From Raillietiella orientalis (Eukaryota), in contig JAYWIR010000018.1 in NCBI GenBank assembly GCA_036172245.1, forward strand, positions 744,001-808,000: a stretch of DNA of 64,000 nt, written 5' to 3'. The translations under genes were made by a program, and so were the position numbers. The notes beneath the pieces are model-generated. The model was not told the origin of the DNA and ran no database searches. It worked only from the letters and a program-made list of their open reading frames with translations. Below, in pieces: positions 39,965 to 53,377 of the stretch; within the stretch, counting starts at the first letter, position 1, and each line of letters opens with the position of its first letter.

Positions 39965-41330
39965 TTCTCAACCGGGTACGTCGGAACGTTTTTTCAATAA
40001 AAAAATAAACATTTACGATTTTACGATTATTTTTTCATTATATAAATAAACATTTACGACTTTCGTGGTGGGACCAGTGATCCAGCCACGCCCATCTCGA
40101 AGACAACCTTCCGGGTAACCGGTACGCAGACCGGCGAGGTTCGCCTCGGCAATAGGGAGGAGGGAACAAACGAAAAAAAAAGAAACAAAAATAAATAAAT
40201 AAAAAAAAAATCTGGGAGGGTGCAGGAAGGGATCACGTCCTGATGGGAGCGGTCCTCTGCATCCTTTGGAGGATGCTGGTAGCTTCTGATGCATGCTGTC
40301 TTTCAGGTGGGACCATCTTGTTGCCATCCTCGTGAAGCGGACGGCAAAGCGGATGTGGCACCCCTGTTGCTCCTTTCTCTTGAGCCACTCCAGGCCTCTG
40401 CAATCCCGCATGGGAAGCACAGAGCTGCTAGCAAGGCTGCCGGCCGTCGCGTACTAGGAGGGGTCTCCATGTGTCCCTGGAGTTGCCGCGGGGAGTTTCT
40501 AAGGGAGCGGCGAAGCATTTCCAGAGGGTCCGGAGGACAACACAATCCACAAGCAGGTGGGGGAGGGATTCGCGTTTCCCTCACCTAGCGCAGTTCGGGT
40601 CCACCCTTCTTCCCTCGTGTTCACTGATGCCTGCGGGAGTCGCACGGGAGACCTCAGTTCAGCAGCATCAATGCCGACTCCTGTCACTTTAATGGGAGGG
40701 TACGAGTGTTCATGAGCACCGGGAGCCACTGCAGGTCTTGCTCCGCAATTACCAGCAATAGCTCCTCCCAGTGCAAAACTCCTCGAGGTGGAGCACTCGG
40801 AGTCGCAGCACCTGTAAACTGACCCCTCGTCCACTCACGTAGCCCTCTTCTCCTTCCGGAGGTTTCCATGGATACATCCCACGTAGCCGAAAGGCTGCTG
40901 CCCATGTTCTCCCTCAGGGAAGGCAGTTCTGCGGCGAGGGAGGTTCTTCCTCCCCACGCACGATTTCTTGGATCTTAAATGATCTCCCGGACCGAGCAGC
41001 TTCTGTAATGCCCGTACAGAAATCGTTGCGTCCGTTCGGCGCTTGGCTCCTGGATTCTCGCCCACGTGCGAACGGTTTTCTGTAACCAGGCAGTACCGTT
41101 CTCAGGGCGGCAGGAGATCCATCCCGTGTTTTTCCTCGCCAGCATGGCCACCCACCGAAGCTGCCAGCTGCAGTGGCAGATGTGGCGGCGACGGAGTGCA
41201 AGGAAAGACGCGAGTCCCACGCTGCCGGTGGCTTCCTGGACGAGGAGACGTGCAGGGTCGCACCAGGTGGTGCTCCACAACTTCGCCACGAAATAGCAGC
41301 AGACGGCGCGCGTGAGAGGGCAGGAGGATT
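39965..41330 (-). mobile_element. L1/Tx1-like ORF2 C-terminal half plus structured 3' end
   Basis: AKLWSTTWCDPARLLVQEATGSVGLASFL...WISCRP, closely similar to 62220-63300; tail at 39965-40160. Confidence 0.88.
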
Positions 41331-42468
41331 TCACGCTTCCGCTGACTTCCCCCTAGAGGCGACACGAGCGGAGGTGGAAAGAACCTGGGTAGAATGCGGG
41401 AGCTCTGCTTTCAGATTTTCATCTCGTTTAGAGGACGCTTCCAATCTCATGTCTTCCAAGAAGAAAATGCAAACGTGGGGAACCATGGATACTGCGGCAT
41501 TGGGGACCACCCCATGCACTGTAGGTCGGAATCCATCAGGATGGGCACGACTGTCACTTTGCCTGGGTCATCCAAATCTCCGGCACAAAATTCCCTTGTC
41601 GATTGGATGCGCCGGGAGTTTGCTGGACTCAATAAACTCGCAAAGAAAAGCAGCGGACAGGACTTCAGGTCCTATCACGTTTCGGGTTCCCTCGGGAACA
41701 CGACGAGGTGCCGATACGCAGACCAGCGAGGTCCTCCTCGGCCACAGAGAGGGAGGGGAAGGGGATGTGTATACAAAGAAAAAGGAGTAAACATAAAAAG
41801 CTTTGGGAAGCGATCAATGTTTTTTTTTTTTTCAAAAAAAAGTCCAGTGGCGACATCATGGGGAAAACGTTATTACTGAAATAGGATGAGTATCTCCTGG
41901 TTATGCCGGGGCACTCTTCCCGGGATGTTCGAGGATCGGCCGGAGAGAGAAGCTCCTATAAGACCCGTACAAGAATCGTTGCGTCTGTTCCCGGGCATCG
42001 CTCCTGGTTTCTCTCCCACGTGCGAACGGTTTCCTGCAGCAAGGCACTACCGTTCGCCGGGTAGCAGGAGATCCAGGTGTCGTTCAGCGTGGCCGTCCGC
42101 CCATGAGATCGGCTGGAGGGTCGTCGCTGTCCGTCGTAGGCCATCCGGATTCCTCTGCGGGTCGCCGCAGCTGCTGCGTCAGATTCCGCGTCGGAAGGCT
42201 CCCTGGAAGCGGGGAAGTTGTTCCTCTTCCAAGACCCTCGTGTGGCGAACGGGGAAAGTCTGGGCGCTCCAGGTACCGCATCCCAAAAACCTCCCTTTCA
42301 TCTCTGTGGAGTCCGCGTTGCCGGGATCTCTTCTCGCTTGCAGCCGTGCGAGGGAACACGACCTTAAACCCAACCCCCCGCTCCCTGGGTGAGAAAAAGG
42401 GGACCACCTCTGCACCCGAATTCCATGAAGCTCAAGAAAAAAAGAAAACTTTTTGAGGTCTGCAGGTT

Positions 42469-42492
42469 ACACACACACACACACACACACAC
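42469..42492. repeat. (AC)n microsatellite
   Basis: Read directly. Confidence 0.9.
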
Positions 42493-42999
42493 AAAACACC
42501 TGCCCTCCCGAAATCGGTGATGACCTTGCATATACACGGCGACCTCGTCAACACGCGGCGATGCACAGTGGCCTTGTAATCTGGCGACGTGGAGGGCGCC
42601 TCGCTGCAGCGACACTCCGGGCTCGCTGTGCCTGATGTCCCTGCCGATGATCGCCTCCAGCACTTCGCGGTCTCCTGCCTCGGAGCGGTGCTTTCGTCTT
42701 TGGGCTGTAGGGAGAGGGGGAATCTCCTTTGCATCTGGAGAGCGTTTTCTCCGGTATTTTGGAATCTCAGGGGGTGCCTGGAGTGCCCACCACGGTCGCA
42801 GGTGCGAAGCAGAAGCGCGCAGCTTTGGTTCGCCCGCTTCGCCTGAGGAACCCGGCTGAAGAGCTGCTCGGGACGAGCGGCGCGTGCGGGAAGGAGGAGG
42901 AACGGCTCGTGCCCCACCCGTCACCCTCGACCCTACTGGAGGTCCTGGCGTTACCCGAGGAGGTGAGGGAACGTTCCCCTTCCTCCGCGTCTTCTACAG

Positions 43000-43778
43000 T
43001 GGGAATCTGCTCTCGCCAGCATCACGTGACCGAGCGGATCGTTTTTCTAGCCAAGACCTGGTGTACTGTCGAGGCCAAAAGATGCTGCACTCTAGAAGGG
43101 GATCCGAGAGGATCCACCATGAAAAATGGGCGGGACTTTTGTCGAGCTTTCGGGGAGTTTCCAGCTAGGCCTCCCACACCGTCCTCTGGCTTCGGATACT
43201 CTCTGCTCCGAACTGTAAAAGGTGCGGAGAAGTGGAAACGCTCCCGCACCTGCTTTGGACTGCGATGTCCCCCAAGGACTGTGGCAGAGGCTGGCTTCAG
43301 CTCTCCTGAACCAGGGGGACACCGCAAGAATTTTGATGCGCCGCTTCTTCACGCCAGGCGGCTTGTCGTTAGGTGCGGTTGTCGCAACGATCTGTTGCAT
43401 CCGCGCCATCGACAAGACTCACCGACATATGGAGTCGCAGGCGATTCGAAGACAGGCCACCGGAATAGCCCACAAGAACATGACGTCGGCTGCCAGATGG
43501 CCTCACCTTCCAGAAGACGTCAGGAAGGGGATCTCCGGCATCCAACGCCGGTTCTGAAAGGATGGAATGACCGATACCAAAGACCCCTGTCCCCCCCCCC
43601 CCTCATATATTTTTTTATATTTTAATATATTCATTCATGGTCCCCTCCCTTCCATTCCGGACTTTCGGTTTTACCGACCTGCGTGTCGGGGAGCCTTCCC
43701 TTCGTTATTCTGTACCCTTTGTCCGGGAACGAGGTTCCCGGATAGTTTAGTAATAAACGCCCCAGCGCACCCGGGTGA
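43000..43778 (+). mobile_element. L1/Tx1-like ORF2 C-terminal remnant plus structured 3' end
   Basis: ORF2-end similarity to 40230-40600; tail CCGAC-CTGCGT-GTCGG, TCCGGGAAC-GAG-GTTCCCGGA and AATAAACGCCCCAG...CCGGGTG. Confidence 0.75.
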
Positions 43779-46700
43779 GAAGCAGCGAAGCTGCTGTCTT
43801 TCCAGCATGCCTTTCGGGCGAAGGATGTCTTCCAGCCTCTGGAAATCTTCACCACGCCTTTCGCTTTCGGATGCGGCCACGTCCGGTCCTGCTTGCTTGC
43901 ACTTGGTGCGAGCAGGGAAGAGTGGCATGAACGCTGAATGCGAATTGTCTGGAGACGATAAGTAAATTCTGCCAAAAATAATTCGGGAATCCGTTAATGA
44001 CAGCTCGAAGTCAAAAAGTTTTGCCTCCAGTCCTCCATTAGTCTCAACATATTCCCAAGCGTCTATCAAACCGAGAGAGTATGACTGCGCTGACATAGAA
44101 GATTTGGCTGGTGAAGAACTAGCTGAACGAACAACTGCTCTGAAACCCACGTGCGTTTCTTACAAACAGAAACCACTGTGCTCATGAACCACAAAGAAGG
44201 GAAAAAAGCTAGAGAGCACGATAATGAGTTGTTTGCAATCTGCAAGAAGCAAATCTACAGAAGAACCCGAGAGGTCCGGAACGCACTGCGAAAATATCTT
44301 CGCACCCTAGCTGCGTGCGTCATGGCAGCCCTGCAGGAAACGAACTCCCTTTGTAATTATCGGATGAATCTGATACTAAAGGAGGAATAAAGCTGATAAA
44401 TCTAATACACGAGGAGGAAAAGCTGAAAACCTACAGAATTAGATCTCCAGAGGCTGGTGAAAATCGAAAAACAGCCGTCCGAGAATGCCTAACGGGGCAG
44501 GAAGAGTTGCAACAACAACAACAAAAAAAATGGTCGGCAGGGTTCCAAAATGAAATGCCAAGAGATGGTGTTCCGATAAAGCACTTGCCGGCTGAGATAA
44601 CGCTGGGATTTCTGGACCCAGCTTTGCGCGGCGTTAACTCCCGAGTCGAAAAAACTAAGGATAAAAAGTGGTGGTCACGTCGAATCGGCGAGCGCAAATG
44701 AAAAGGGGAAAGAAAAAAAAATCTCCAAGAAACGGATCACAATCGGCTCCAGATTATAAACCTGCGCTCAATTAGAAGAGAAGCACGAAGGGATACTGCA
44801 AACGGAACACGCACAAAAAAAATAGTATTTGCGTGGAAAATGCGCCGAAGTAGCAAAAAGTCCGAATCAGACGTCATCATCAGATGCGAAGAGGGAGGAG
44901 GCAAGGGGTCTTTGAAAAGGTCAGGCAATACGAGAGGAGCACGAGGACGACGCGATGATACTTTGGTGAGTCTGCGCGCAGTCTGGAGGATCGGGTGAGT
45001 AGTGGTTCCACCCACAAGCATCAGGAGACGTGGTGGAGGATTTTATCATTTTGAGCCGTGGTGGTAGCCCCCCCCCCTCCCTCTTCATCCATCCTGCAGG
45101 GGAAAAAAAAAATACTCACATATAGAAATGCGTCTTGCCGTGTCCTTTGCGCGTGCTTATAGCTAGCCTTCGAGCGGAAGCTGGAGACCTGATTTTTTTA
45201 AATTCCATCGGAGGGAAAAGAAGGGGAAAAAAGGGAGGGGAAGAAAACGCCAAACATCCAGCAGTGAGCGAGACTCACTTCTTTCTCGCTGCTAGTCTGA
45301 AATTAATTTTAGCAAGTCTCGTCGAGAAGATGGATCGCTATTTCTGTCACAGCCTGACAGATTCTCCTTGGAGACGACAACAACGGGAAACTTCGACAAT
45401 GCATTTGTTGCCGTGAGCGAGCGGGAAAAATCGATGACGTCGCATCGTAGTGCCGGGGAGAAGGAGAAGGAAAAAAATGCGCGTCTCACGGACGGCTGTT
45501 CAGCCATCCCGCGTGCCCGACGGGACAGATTGGATTTCTCGGGTGATCCTCAGGGTAACGGCGTGGGCTGCGGGGATCGCTCCTCCTCCTCGCACAGAGG
45601 GGATCAGGGAAGACCAGAGACGAAAGGAGGAAAGATAAAAATGAAAGCAGGAAGCGGCGAAGCATGTCGTGGGAGGAACGTCTCCGCGGATCGAGCCGTG
45701 CCCAAAACGCAACGACAGGTGACGCGTGCGAAGCAGCGCTTCCCCGTTGCCGCCTGGGGACCTGATGGGTTCACACTGCACGCCCCATCCCGCGAAGGCA
45801 GAGTGCCACTGCGGGGGATACGGGAGACCGTTTCCTCTGATGGAGAACCAGAAGGCGTGCGAAGGGTCGCCCTCAGCCGTTAGAGGGAGCACGGCAAGGG
45901 GTGAAAGCCTTTCCGGAAGCGGGAGATGATGTGGATTGGGTCTTCCAGGTGGGACAGAGCGCATCCAGTCCGCAGAGGAGTTCTGGGATTCCTGCTGAGT
46001 CGGGATGATGCCAGGATATCTGCAAGTCAGTTTTTCCGCGATGTCCCGCGGCTGGCGGGCGCTGGTGCGGGATGCCTCCTTCGTTCTGTCCTTCTCCTCC
46101 TGGATGCGCCCTCACCCTCTCTCAGCAGTCGCTGCCAAGTGAAAACCGGTGGGAGAGAGCATATCGCTGCCGTTTGAAATCCCGAAACGCATTCTCTTTC
46201 CGTTGTCCTCCCCCCCTCCTCCTTCCCCTCTTCCCGCCAGGCAGTCGATCTGACCGTGGCGCGCACGAGCATTTTGGGGTCAGGGAAACTCAATCCAATG
46301 CAGAAGCAGGGGCCAGTGTGGGAGGACTCTGGGAAGCTCGATCCGAGGTCTGTTATTCTTTACCTTCTGCTTTCAAGCTATTGAGACCTGGGTGATATCT
46401 CGGGAACCATCCAGACCGCGTTCCTCCCGAGCTGCTGTGAGAATTTTGGGTTCTCCCAGCAGCTCCCCGTCTCCAGGATCTCGAGAAAGAAGGATGCGTC
46501 ACGGGAACTTCACCGGAGACGAACGGGATATCTCCTCTTCCCACTCCGCTCTTCTATCGAGGTTTGCTGAACGCTCACAGGGGTGGTTAAGGTCTGGTAC
46601 GGCCACCTTCCCTTAGCCCCGGAGCACGAGACCGGGACTCTAGCTTCGTATGACCTCTGGGCTTTTGAAGGCCTTCGACACTCAGTGCTCCAAGGTCACC

Positions 46701-47849
46701 TCCCTAATGATCTGGGTCTCCGTGATCGCGGTCTGGAAGCTGGTAAATTTGTCCGAGCTGCCACTTCCGAGAATTGCCGACAGATAGCGCGCTAGTCGGG
46801 GCAATGGAAGTCGCGGAAAGGGAAGGACCGAGAGGCTTTCGTGACCTGGCGCTCTGGCTGCGAAACGCATTTCCGTCTCCTCGGGACGTGTGTGTGTGGG
46901 AGGAATCCTTTCGCTGACCGCTCTCCAGGAACCTCAAGTGAAAGGGTCCTCCGGGAATTCCGCAGGATCGAGGAATACGCGGCGGTGTCGCGACTACTCT
47001 CCAGACACCCTGGTCCTCTCTCCGCCCTTGCGCTCCTGAGGCCTGGGAACCCGCTCTTGCGCTCCTGGCCACAGGGAAAGTCTATGGCGTGCTTTGAGAA
47101 GATCCCAACCTCCGCTCCGGAGTCCCGGACGTGACCCGGTTCTGGAAGTCGGATGGCTCGACTTGCAATCCTCGGAGTCCTCGCCCGTCCCTCGGCGGCG
47201 CCACCTGCGATCAAGGTTGAATGGCCCAATCTCTCTCTCTTTCTCTCGCTCGTTCGCTCCCGGCTTTTTCAGGCCTCCTTGCATCCTCGACTGTCTCGGA
47301 GAAGGTGCAGGTATGATCGCGGCGTCTGGAAGAACCGCATGGGAGCGGCTATCACGTGCTCCGATTTGCAGATCGAGGCAATGGGATGATCTCGGAGGCT
47401 GTACCTGCGTCGGTCTTATTGAATTACGTCTCCCAGCTGGTGGAAGGGGAAAGCCACGTACTGGTATGGCCAGACCCTTCCCAGACACCTACGTGCCGCG
47501 GATACGTTCCCCATCCTCCCGAAGTCTGGAGCCCCACTCGCCGCGGGGGCACAGCGGACGAGGGTGGCTCCCTCCTTCGGTCGCTGGGACACATTTTCCG
47601 CCGTTCCTCTTCCCGGTTGGATGCGACTGGTCAGATCGCTCCTCCTCCTCCGCCCGAATGCCCAGTTCCTCCTCCACTCTTCTGCGCGGCCGCCATGAAG
47701 GGACTTCCACCGAGCGGGGAATCCGCGCTTTGTCCACCATCTGAACGAACGGCGGTTCTTGTGCAAACAGGGGTCGGGCAGGGGTCAAGTGGAACCAGCC
47801 GCTGTGCATAGCAACGGCAGCGCAGGAGAAAGCGGCTCCTTCCGTGGGA

Positions 47850-48020
47850 GCGGATGGAAGAAGAGGAAGAGGAGGAAACGAAGACAAGGATAAGGATGAG
47901 CATGATAATGGAAGTGATGAAGAGGATGAGAATGAGCATGAGGAAAAATAATATAATAATGAGGTAGAGGAGTAGGAAGGGAGCAGGAGGAGGAAGGGAG
48001 GAGGATGAAAGGAGGAGGAG
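47850..48020 (+). repeat. Purine-rich low-complexity tract (GAG/GAT/AAT triplets), probably the acidic tail of an ORF1 remnant
   Basis: Reads EDKDKDEHDNGSDEEDENEHEEK in one frame and follows ORF1-like sequence at 47350-47800. Confidence 0.55.
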
Positions 48021-51000
48021 GTGCACGGGGAGTCTCGGGCGCCGTGCGCTAAAACTGAAAGACATCTGAAGGTCTCCCTCGCTGAGGGGAGAGAGTGCTC
48101 AAAGGAAAGAAGGGGAAGGGTGGGGTGAGTTCATCTCAGACGTCGGTTTTTTTCGCCGAGCGGCTTCTCTGCCTCCGCGCACCTCCGCTCCTCAACTTCA
48201 AGCCTGGCGTCAGACTTTGGTCTTCCGCGAGAGCAGCTTGAAGCACCACGTCCCTCCGGCTTCTTCCATCTCCATCAGGGAGCAGAGCCGGATGCTGGAC
48301 TGCGATTCATCTTCCCTACAGGGTTTCCCCTCCCCTTCCTTCTCCCCATTTTTTCCCCTTTCTTCCTTTTCCTGCTTCCCGCAGTTCTTCGTCAGATTGG
48401 CCCGTTCGCCTGGAATTGCGATCCTGGTTGCCAGGAGCGACGGACACAGAGGATTATCGCGGGCGAGTTCCTTCTTCCCGGAACCTCTCCTTCCTGGGAG
48501 GTGGGGAGAGGAGGGAACAGTTCCCACTCGGACGTATGAGGGACACGCCGCAGCCTGATCCCGGTTTCCAAGGCAGTGCACTCGGGAACGTCCTTTGTTC
48601 CCGGCCGGATCGATTCCTGACTGCTGCAAACCTCGCAAAGCATCAGGCATCTCGGTTTCTTTCCTGGATCCGAAAGTGCTGCTGCCATTGCTAAGGTTTC
48701 AGCTGGTGCGATCCCGCCCGCCGAGGGAGGTTCAGGGAGCCTGAAGAGGATGCAGGATTCCTGGGGCTTGATCCTCCCACCGAGTCAGACTGGGTTCAGG
48801 GAGAGCCGTTCATCTGACCTCGGAAGAGGTCGCGTTCCGCGGGGCAGCACTGCTGACGGGAGGGAGGAAGCGGAGTGACCTCCGAGGATAGCGCACTCTC
48901 CGGGAACAGAAAGTGAGTGCTCACAGGAAGAGGCTACCTTTCGTTCTCAGCCGGAAGGCAGCGGGCGGAATCATCCAACGGAGTCCGGGACGTTCGTCCC
49001 GCTCGTTCTCTGCCCTCCCGAGATCGGTAGGGGCTCCCCCCTCTAGTTCCCGAGACGACCTCGCGGAGCGGTTTCGGAACAGAGTCCTCCTCTGTTGATT
49101 CCGGTCTGTCCTTTGCTCACCCACAGGTCGAGGAGCGGCCACGGAGGCAGTACCTTCCTCCCTTCGCTCCCTTTAGCAGCTTCGGCAAATCCTCCCGGTT
49201 CAGCTGCGAGCAAGACTGGGTCCCGAGACGGCGCCTCAGGGCCCGGAAGCGCGGAAGTCTCGATTCGCGGAGGACGGAGGAGAAGGGAGAGGAGTAGAAG
49301 GGGGAAGAAAAGGAAGAAAGGAGGAGGAGGAAAAGGGCAGCCGTACCGCGGAGCTCTTCGGACCGAAGCTTTTGCCCGGAGGGAGAAATCTCCCGAAACC
49401 AGGAGGCCCGCCGAGAAACGGCTGCTCTCCCTTACGCCTCCCCATCCTTGACTACGCCCGCACCTTCCCCCGAGAGCTCCGAAATCCTGTCGCTCCTTGG
49501 CTCATCCACCTCCGCGGAGACTGAAGGGGCGTCCTAGGGTGAGTCTCGCTTGTTCGGAAGGATGCGGCGCCGGGAGAACGGAAACTCCCTCCGGCTGCGG
49601 GGTAACTCGGGCACCCCTCATGGGATTCAGGGCAGCACGCCAAGAGGAGGAGGAGATACAGACAGGGGATTGGGGAAGGCGAAGATGACCATCGGGCACT
49701 GGGCGTCGCTCTGAGCAACAGGGATGTATACGATTTCGTCCTTTGTGCGTCCCTTGCGGGTTCCCGCTGGCGCAGGACACTCGCCGATGCGCAGCGAGAT
49801 TCTGCGCGACAGGGCATGGAAGATCAGATCTCGCCCCCTCCCTCAGTTGGAATGCAGAGGACTCATGGCTCGGGAGTGTTCTCTGTCGCGCGTCTCGGGC
49901 CACCGCCCGAGGGTGCTTTTTCCTGCTACCGGATCCGCGTTTTGTCTGCATGTCGGAAGACATGGGCGGCTGGGGTGCAACGAAACGCCGACGGGCTACT
50001 CTCCAGGATGCTCTCGGTGACGTCATTCCTTCGATGCAACCCTCTGGACTGAAGGATGTAGTCTTTGATGGATTGCTCAGCCGCCGCCCAGAAACTCTCC
50101 GGCGTGAGCAGAGAGGGATGCTAGATGGCGAAAGACACCGCTGCTTTCCTGAGGAGGGAGCCACCCTGCCGGACAACAGCTGACCCTTCAAGAATACGAT
50201 TTACCGTCATGGAGGATTAAAGGTAGTGAAAAGAACTCAGGCGCCGAGAAATGACTCCGCAGCTTCTGGGCGAGAGGAGCGCCGGCGTCAGTGCGAGCGC
50301 TCTTCGCGAGATGCCTGGGAGCTCTGGGTCGGGTCGGAGGGTTTCGGGTCGCTTCCAGGTACCGATCTATCCGGAGGCAGCCATTTTGAATATCTCCTTG
50401 GATCCAGTCCACAAGACCCTCACGCACCACTATCATGATTTCACCGGTTGGGTCATCGCGGGAGGATGCGCGGCTAGAACAATGTGAGGAGATTCGTCCA
50501 CGGTCAATGTCCGAGAGGCAGGAGACGCTCGTGCTTCGGAAAATCGTCTTCCATCACGACTAGCAGATCTTGCAAGGGACAAAGTGCTTTTCGCGCCCGC
50601 GTGGGCGGCCGTCTAGTCACAGCGTCCTCTCAGCACCAGGCGTCACTAGTTCCAAGTCCTTCCGCAAGATGACTCTGGGATGATCTTCCAGACTTCGGGC
50701 GTGCCCCGGCAGGAGCGCTAGCGGCCGCGACCGGATGGCCTGCTAGCAAGCAGTCGGGAGTCACGACTAATTGATTTTCCCTTCGGAGTCCTTTTTCCTC
50801 GTTTCTGGAGCGCCTCGGGGGCGCGACAACTTCGTAACCCGCCCACGTGGAGGCGCTGTTCTATGGATCCCTGTTTGGTGCAGCAACTCTTCTTGAGTAT
50901 GTGGAGAAGACCAAACAAAAACGGCAGCAGAAGTGAATCAGCACTCCACCATTTTCAGGCCATTAGTGACCATGTCTCCCGTGAGCTCGTTACTGGACTT

Positions 51001-53377
51001 AAGGACGTGCAGAGACTCCAGTAGGTATCGCGGAATGCTCCAGCTCGGCTCCGCGACCCCGTCCGGTCAAGTGGGTGTTTCCGAAGAGGCGGGAGCTGCT
51101 CAGCATCAGGGTAGCTGTTGCAAGGGTGCTTCCCCCCTGAATTTCCGTTTCCGTAGGTGTACTCATCTCCAGGATCGAGAAGGCAAGCGAGCATCCCGCG
51201 ATGGCGCCTCCTCCTTGGTCCAGCTCGCTCTTCGGAACAGAGAGAGCACCTACGAATGGTGAGGGAGGCGGAGGCGGGTGGAAAGAGCCTCCCGGAGGAA
51301 TCGGCGGATGGGTTTGCGCGGAAGCGACTGACGAGAGGCCTGTTCTTGGGGACAAAACGGTGGCGGAGGACGTAGCAACCGCGATCGCTACAGCTTGCCG
51401 TGACGTCATCGGCAGCCTCTCGGAAGGGAACCCTCAGGACGAAAGCGCGGACGGGCAAATTCGGGGAAAGCGGAGTTCGCTACGATGCACGCACGAGGGG
51501 AGAGCCCACTCTTTGTCCAGCTTACATATTTAATGCGGTGACGTCATGTGGGGAAACGCTCTGCACACCGGCGTGTTGCCAAGCTGCACTGCTGCGGTGG
51601 CTGCATGGCTGCGATCCGCCGGTTGGTTTCCGAGGGTCCCATCTCCAAAGGAAGGGAAGCAGGGAATGACACCGAAGTTCTTCCTCCTCAGCGCCCCCCC
51701 TTCAAGTTTGTGATTTGTTTTGCGGAATAAACGTCCCGGTGTTACCGGGTTCAAACCTCAGCGCCCCAGCTCGTTCAGCGAGCTCCGGGAGGAGGGAAGC
51801 AAAAAATCTTCCCAGAGGCCGCGGTTCGGGATGGCGACGTGCATCCCATCCTTCTGACAGCTCTTTGCCACCTGGAAACAAAGGATCGGGTGACTTTTGT
51901 GCCCTGCCGGAGGTCCTTTTAGGTCCCTGGTCCCCACCTATTCGTGCGCCTCGCCTCTGCCATGCAAAGTTTCACCTATGGCTGGCATTCCTCGCTGGAC
52001 CAAAGGGATGAAAGCCCAACATGGTCGAGTCTGGTCTGACTGTGGGTGGGGGAACGTGGTGATCCAGCGTCCCGACAGAGTAACGGCTTTCTCCGAGAGA
52101 AGAATCAGCGCACCATCTCTCTTATACCTTCCGTTTCGGGTCTCCTCGGATCCTTATGGAGTCGCGGGTGCTGTCCGACGTCTGGGTGAGCACCCCCCCC
52201 TCCTTCTGTGGGAGATTTTCCGAGCGTTCATGATGACCTCAGGGTCAGTTTCCAGAAACTCGGCAGACGTTCTTAGCCACGCGCTTCGCTGCCAGGTGCC
52301 CTGTTGTCCTAAATCAGGGTCGCGCCGGGACCCTGGTTTAGGACAACATTTGTCCAAAGTCAGCTAACACACATCCACGTGCCCTAGGGACATGATTCAG
52401 GGACACCAACTGACCGGTCGGCAACTAAGAGGGCAAAGAGCTCGGAGCAGAAGGGTTGGGGGTGAAAATAAATAAGTGAATGTGCATTTACATGATATGG
52501 GGACACACCGGGAGCAAGTAACGTTGGTCGTCGTCTGAAAACGAGGGGACGGAAGAAGGTCATGCACCTCGCTCGTAACTTTGCCGCGATCCGGGAGGAG
52601 TCCTTTTTGATTTCGGGAGGGAGTCGAGGCCACTTTGCCCCAAACCCTGCATCATGGATGGGATGAAGAGATTGGCTGTCCTTCGGCTCTGTCGCTGCCC
52701 ACCACGTGCAGATTCGCAACTGCTGCGCGGATGATGCAGCACAGCATCCCCAGCGGGAGTCCGTGCAGCGTGAACAACCGTTTCCAGAGCCGCAGAGGAA
52801 AGTCTCCCGGTTGTAGGACTGCTGCCACTCGCTTCCATCATGCATCGCGTTCAGAAGCAGTTGAGGGGGAGACTCGACCCCTCCTCCGCCCACCTGGCAC
52901 GGTTCGTGAACGCGTTTTCTCTCGGCCAGCACTACCTGAGTTGGTTTCGCGCAAAACCCTAGTGCAGGGAGATGTGACGTGGATCTCGGAGGCGGGAGGC
53001 ACATCATGTCGCATCCTGGAGATCCAGGACGGAGAGCAGTGGCGGCGCCGCGCGCTTCTCCATGCTTAGGTTTCACACAGCGCGGCATGGGTTGGAGGGA
53101 TGGGTGGGAGAGGAGACGGGAAAGCGCCACTTTTCTGGGGTAGGGGTGGCGACTAGGAGGAGGTCGCATGGGTGGGTCGTGCCGCTGTGGACGAGAATGC
53201 ACCAGCCGCGCGGTCAGGAGGCAGTGCGGCGCGGGTGAGCCACGACGGGGGCGCCGCTCGCTATGCGGGGGAATGGTGACGGGAAAAGAGGGTCCATGGG
53301 AACCTGGAGCGCGCACCTCTCCCGCTTCAAATACGACGGGAAGTGCCACTGGAGCTAGGAGGGACACAACCAGCACG

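Noticed and set aside
40060..40160. HDV-like ribozyme (the loop TCTGCGT resembles HDV L3)
   Set aside because: The stem is 5-6 bp with a variable closing pair, there is no 7-bp P1 abutting P3 and no P4/J4-2 catalytic C, and it lies at the 3' end rather than the 5' end. No hammerhead core was seen by eye here or in the SINE body.
41800..41820. U2 snRNA 5' fragment (ATCGCTTC on the - strand, also at ~56760-56775), suggesting a U2-targeting Tx1
   Set aside because: Only 8 nt match, and the same position in other copies reads TGATCCCTTCC, so it is part of the element's own ORF2 end / 3' UTR.
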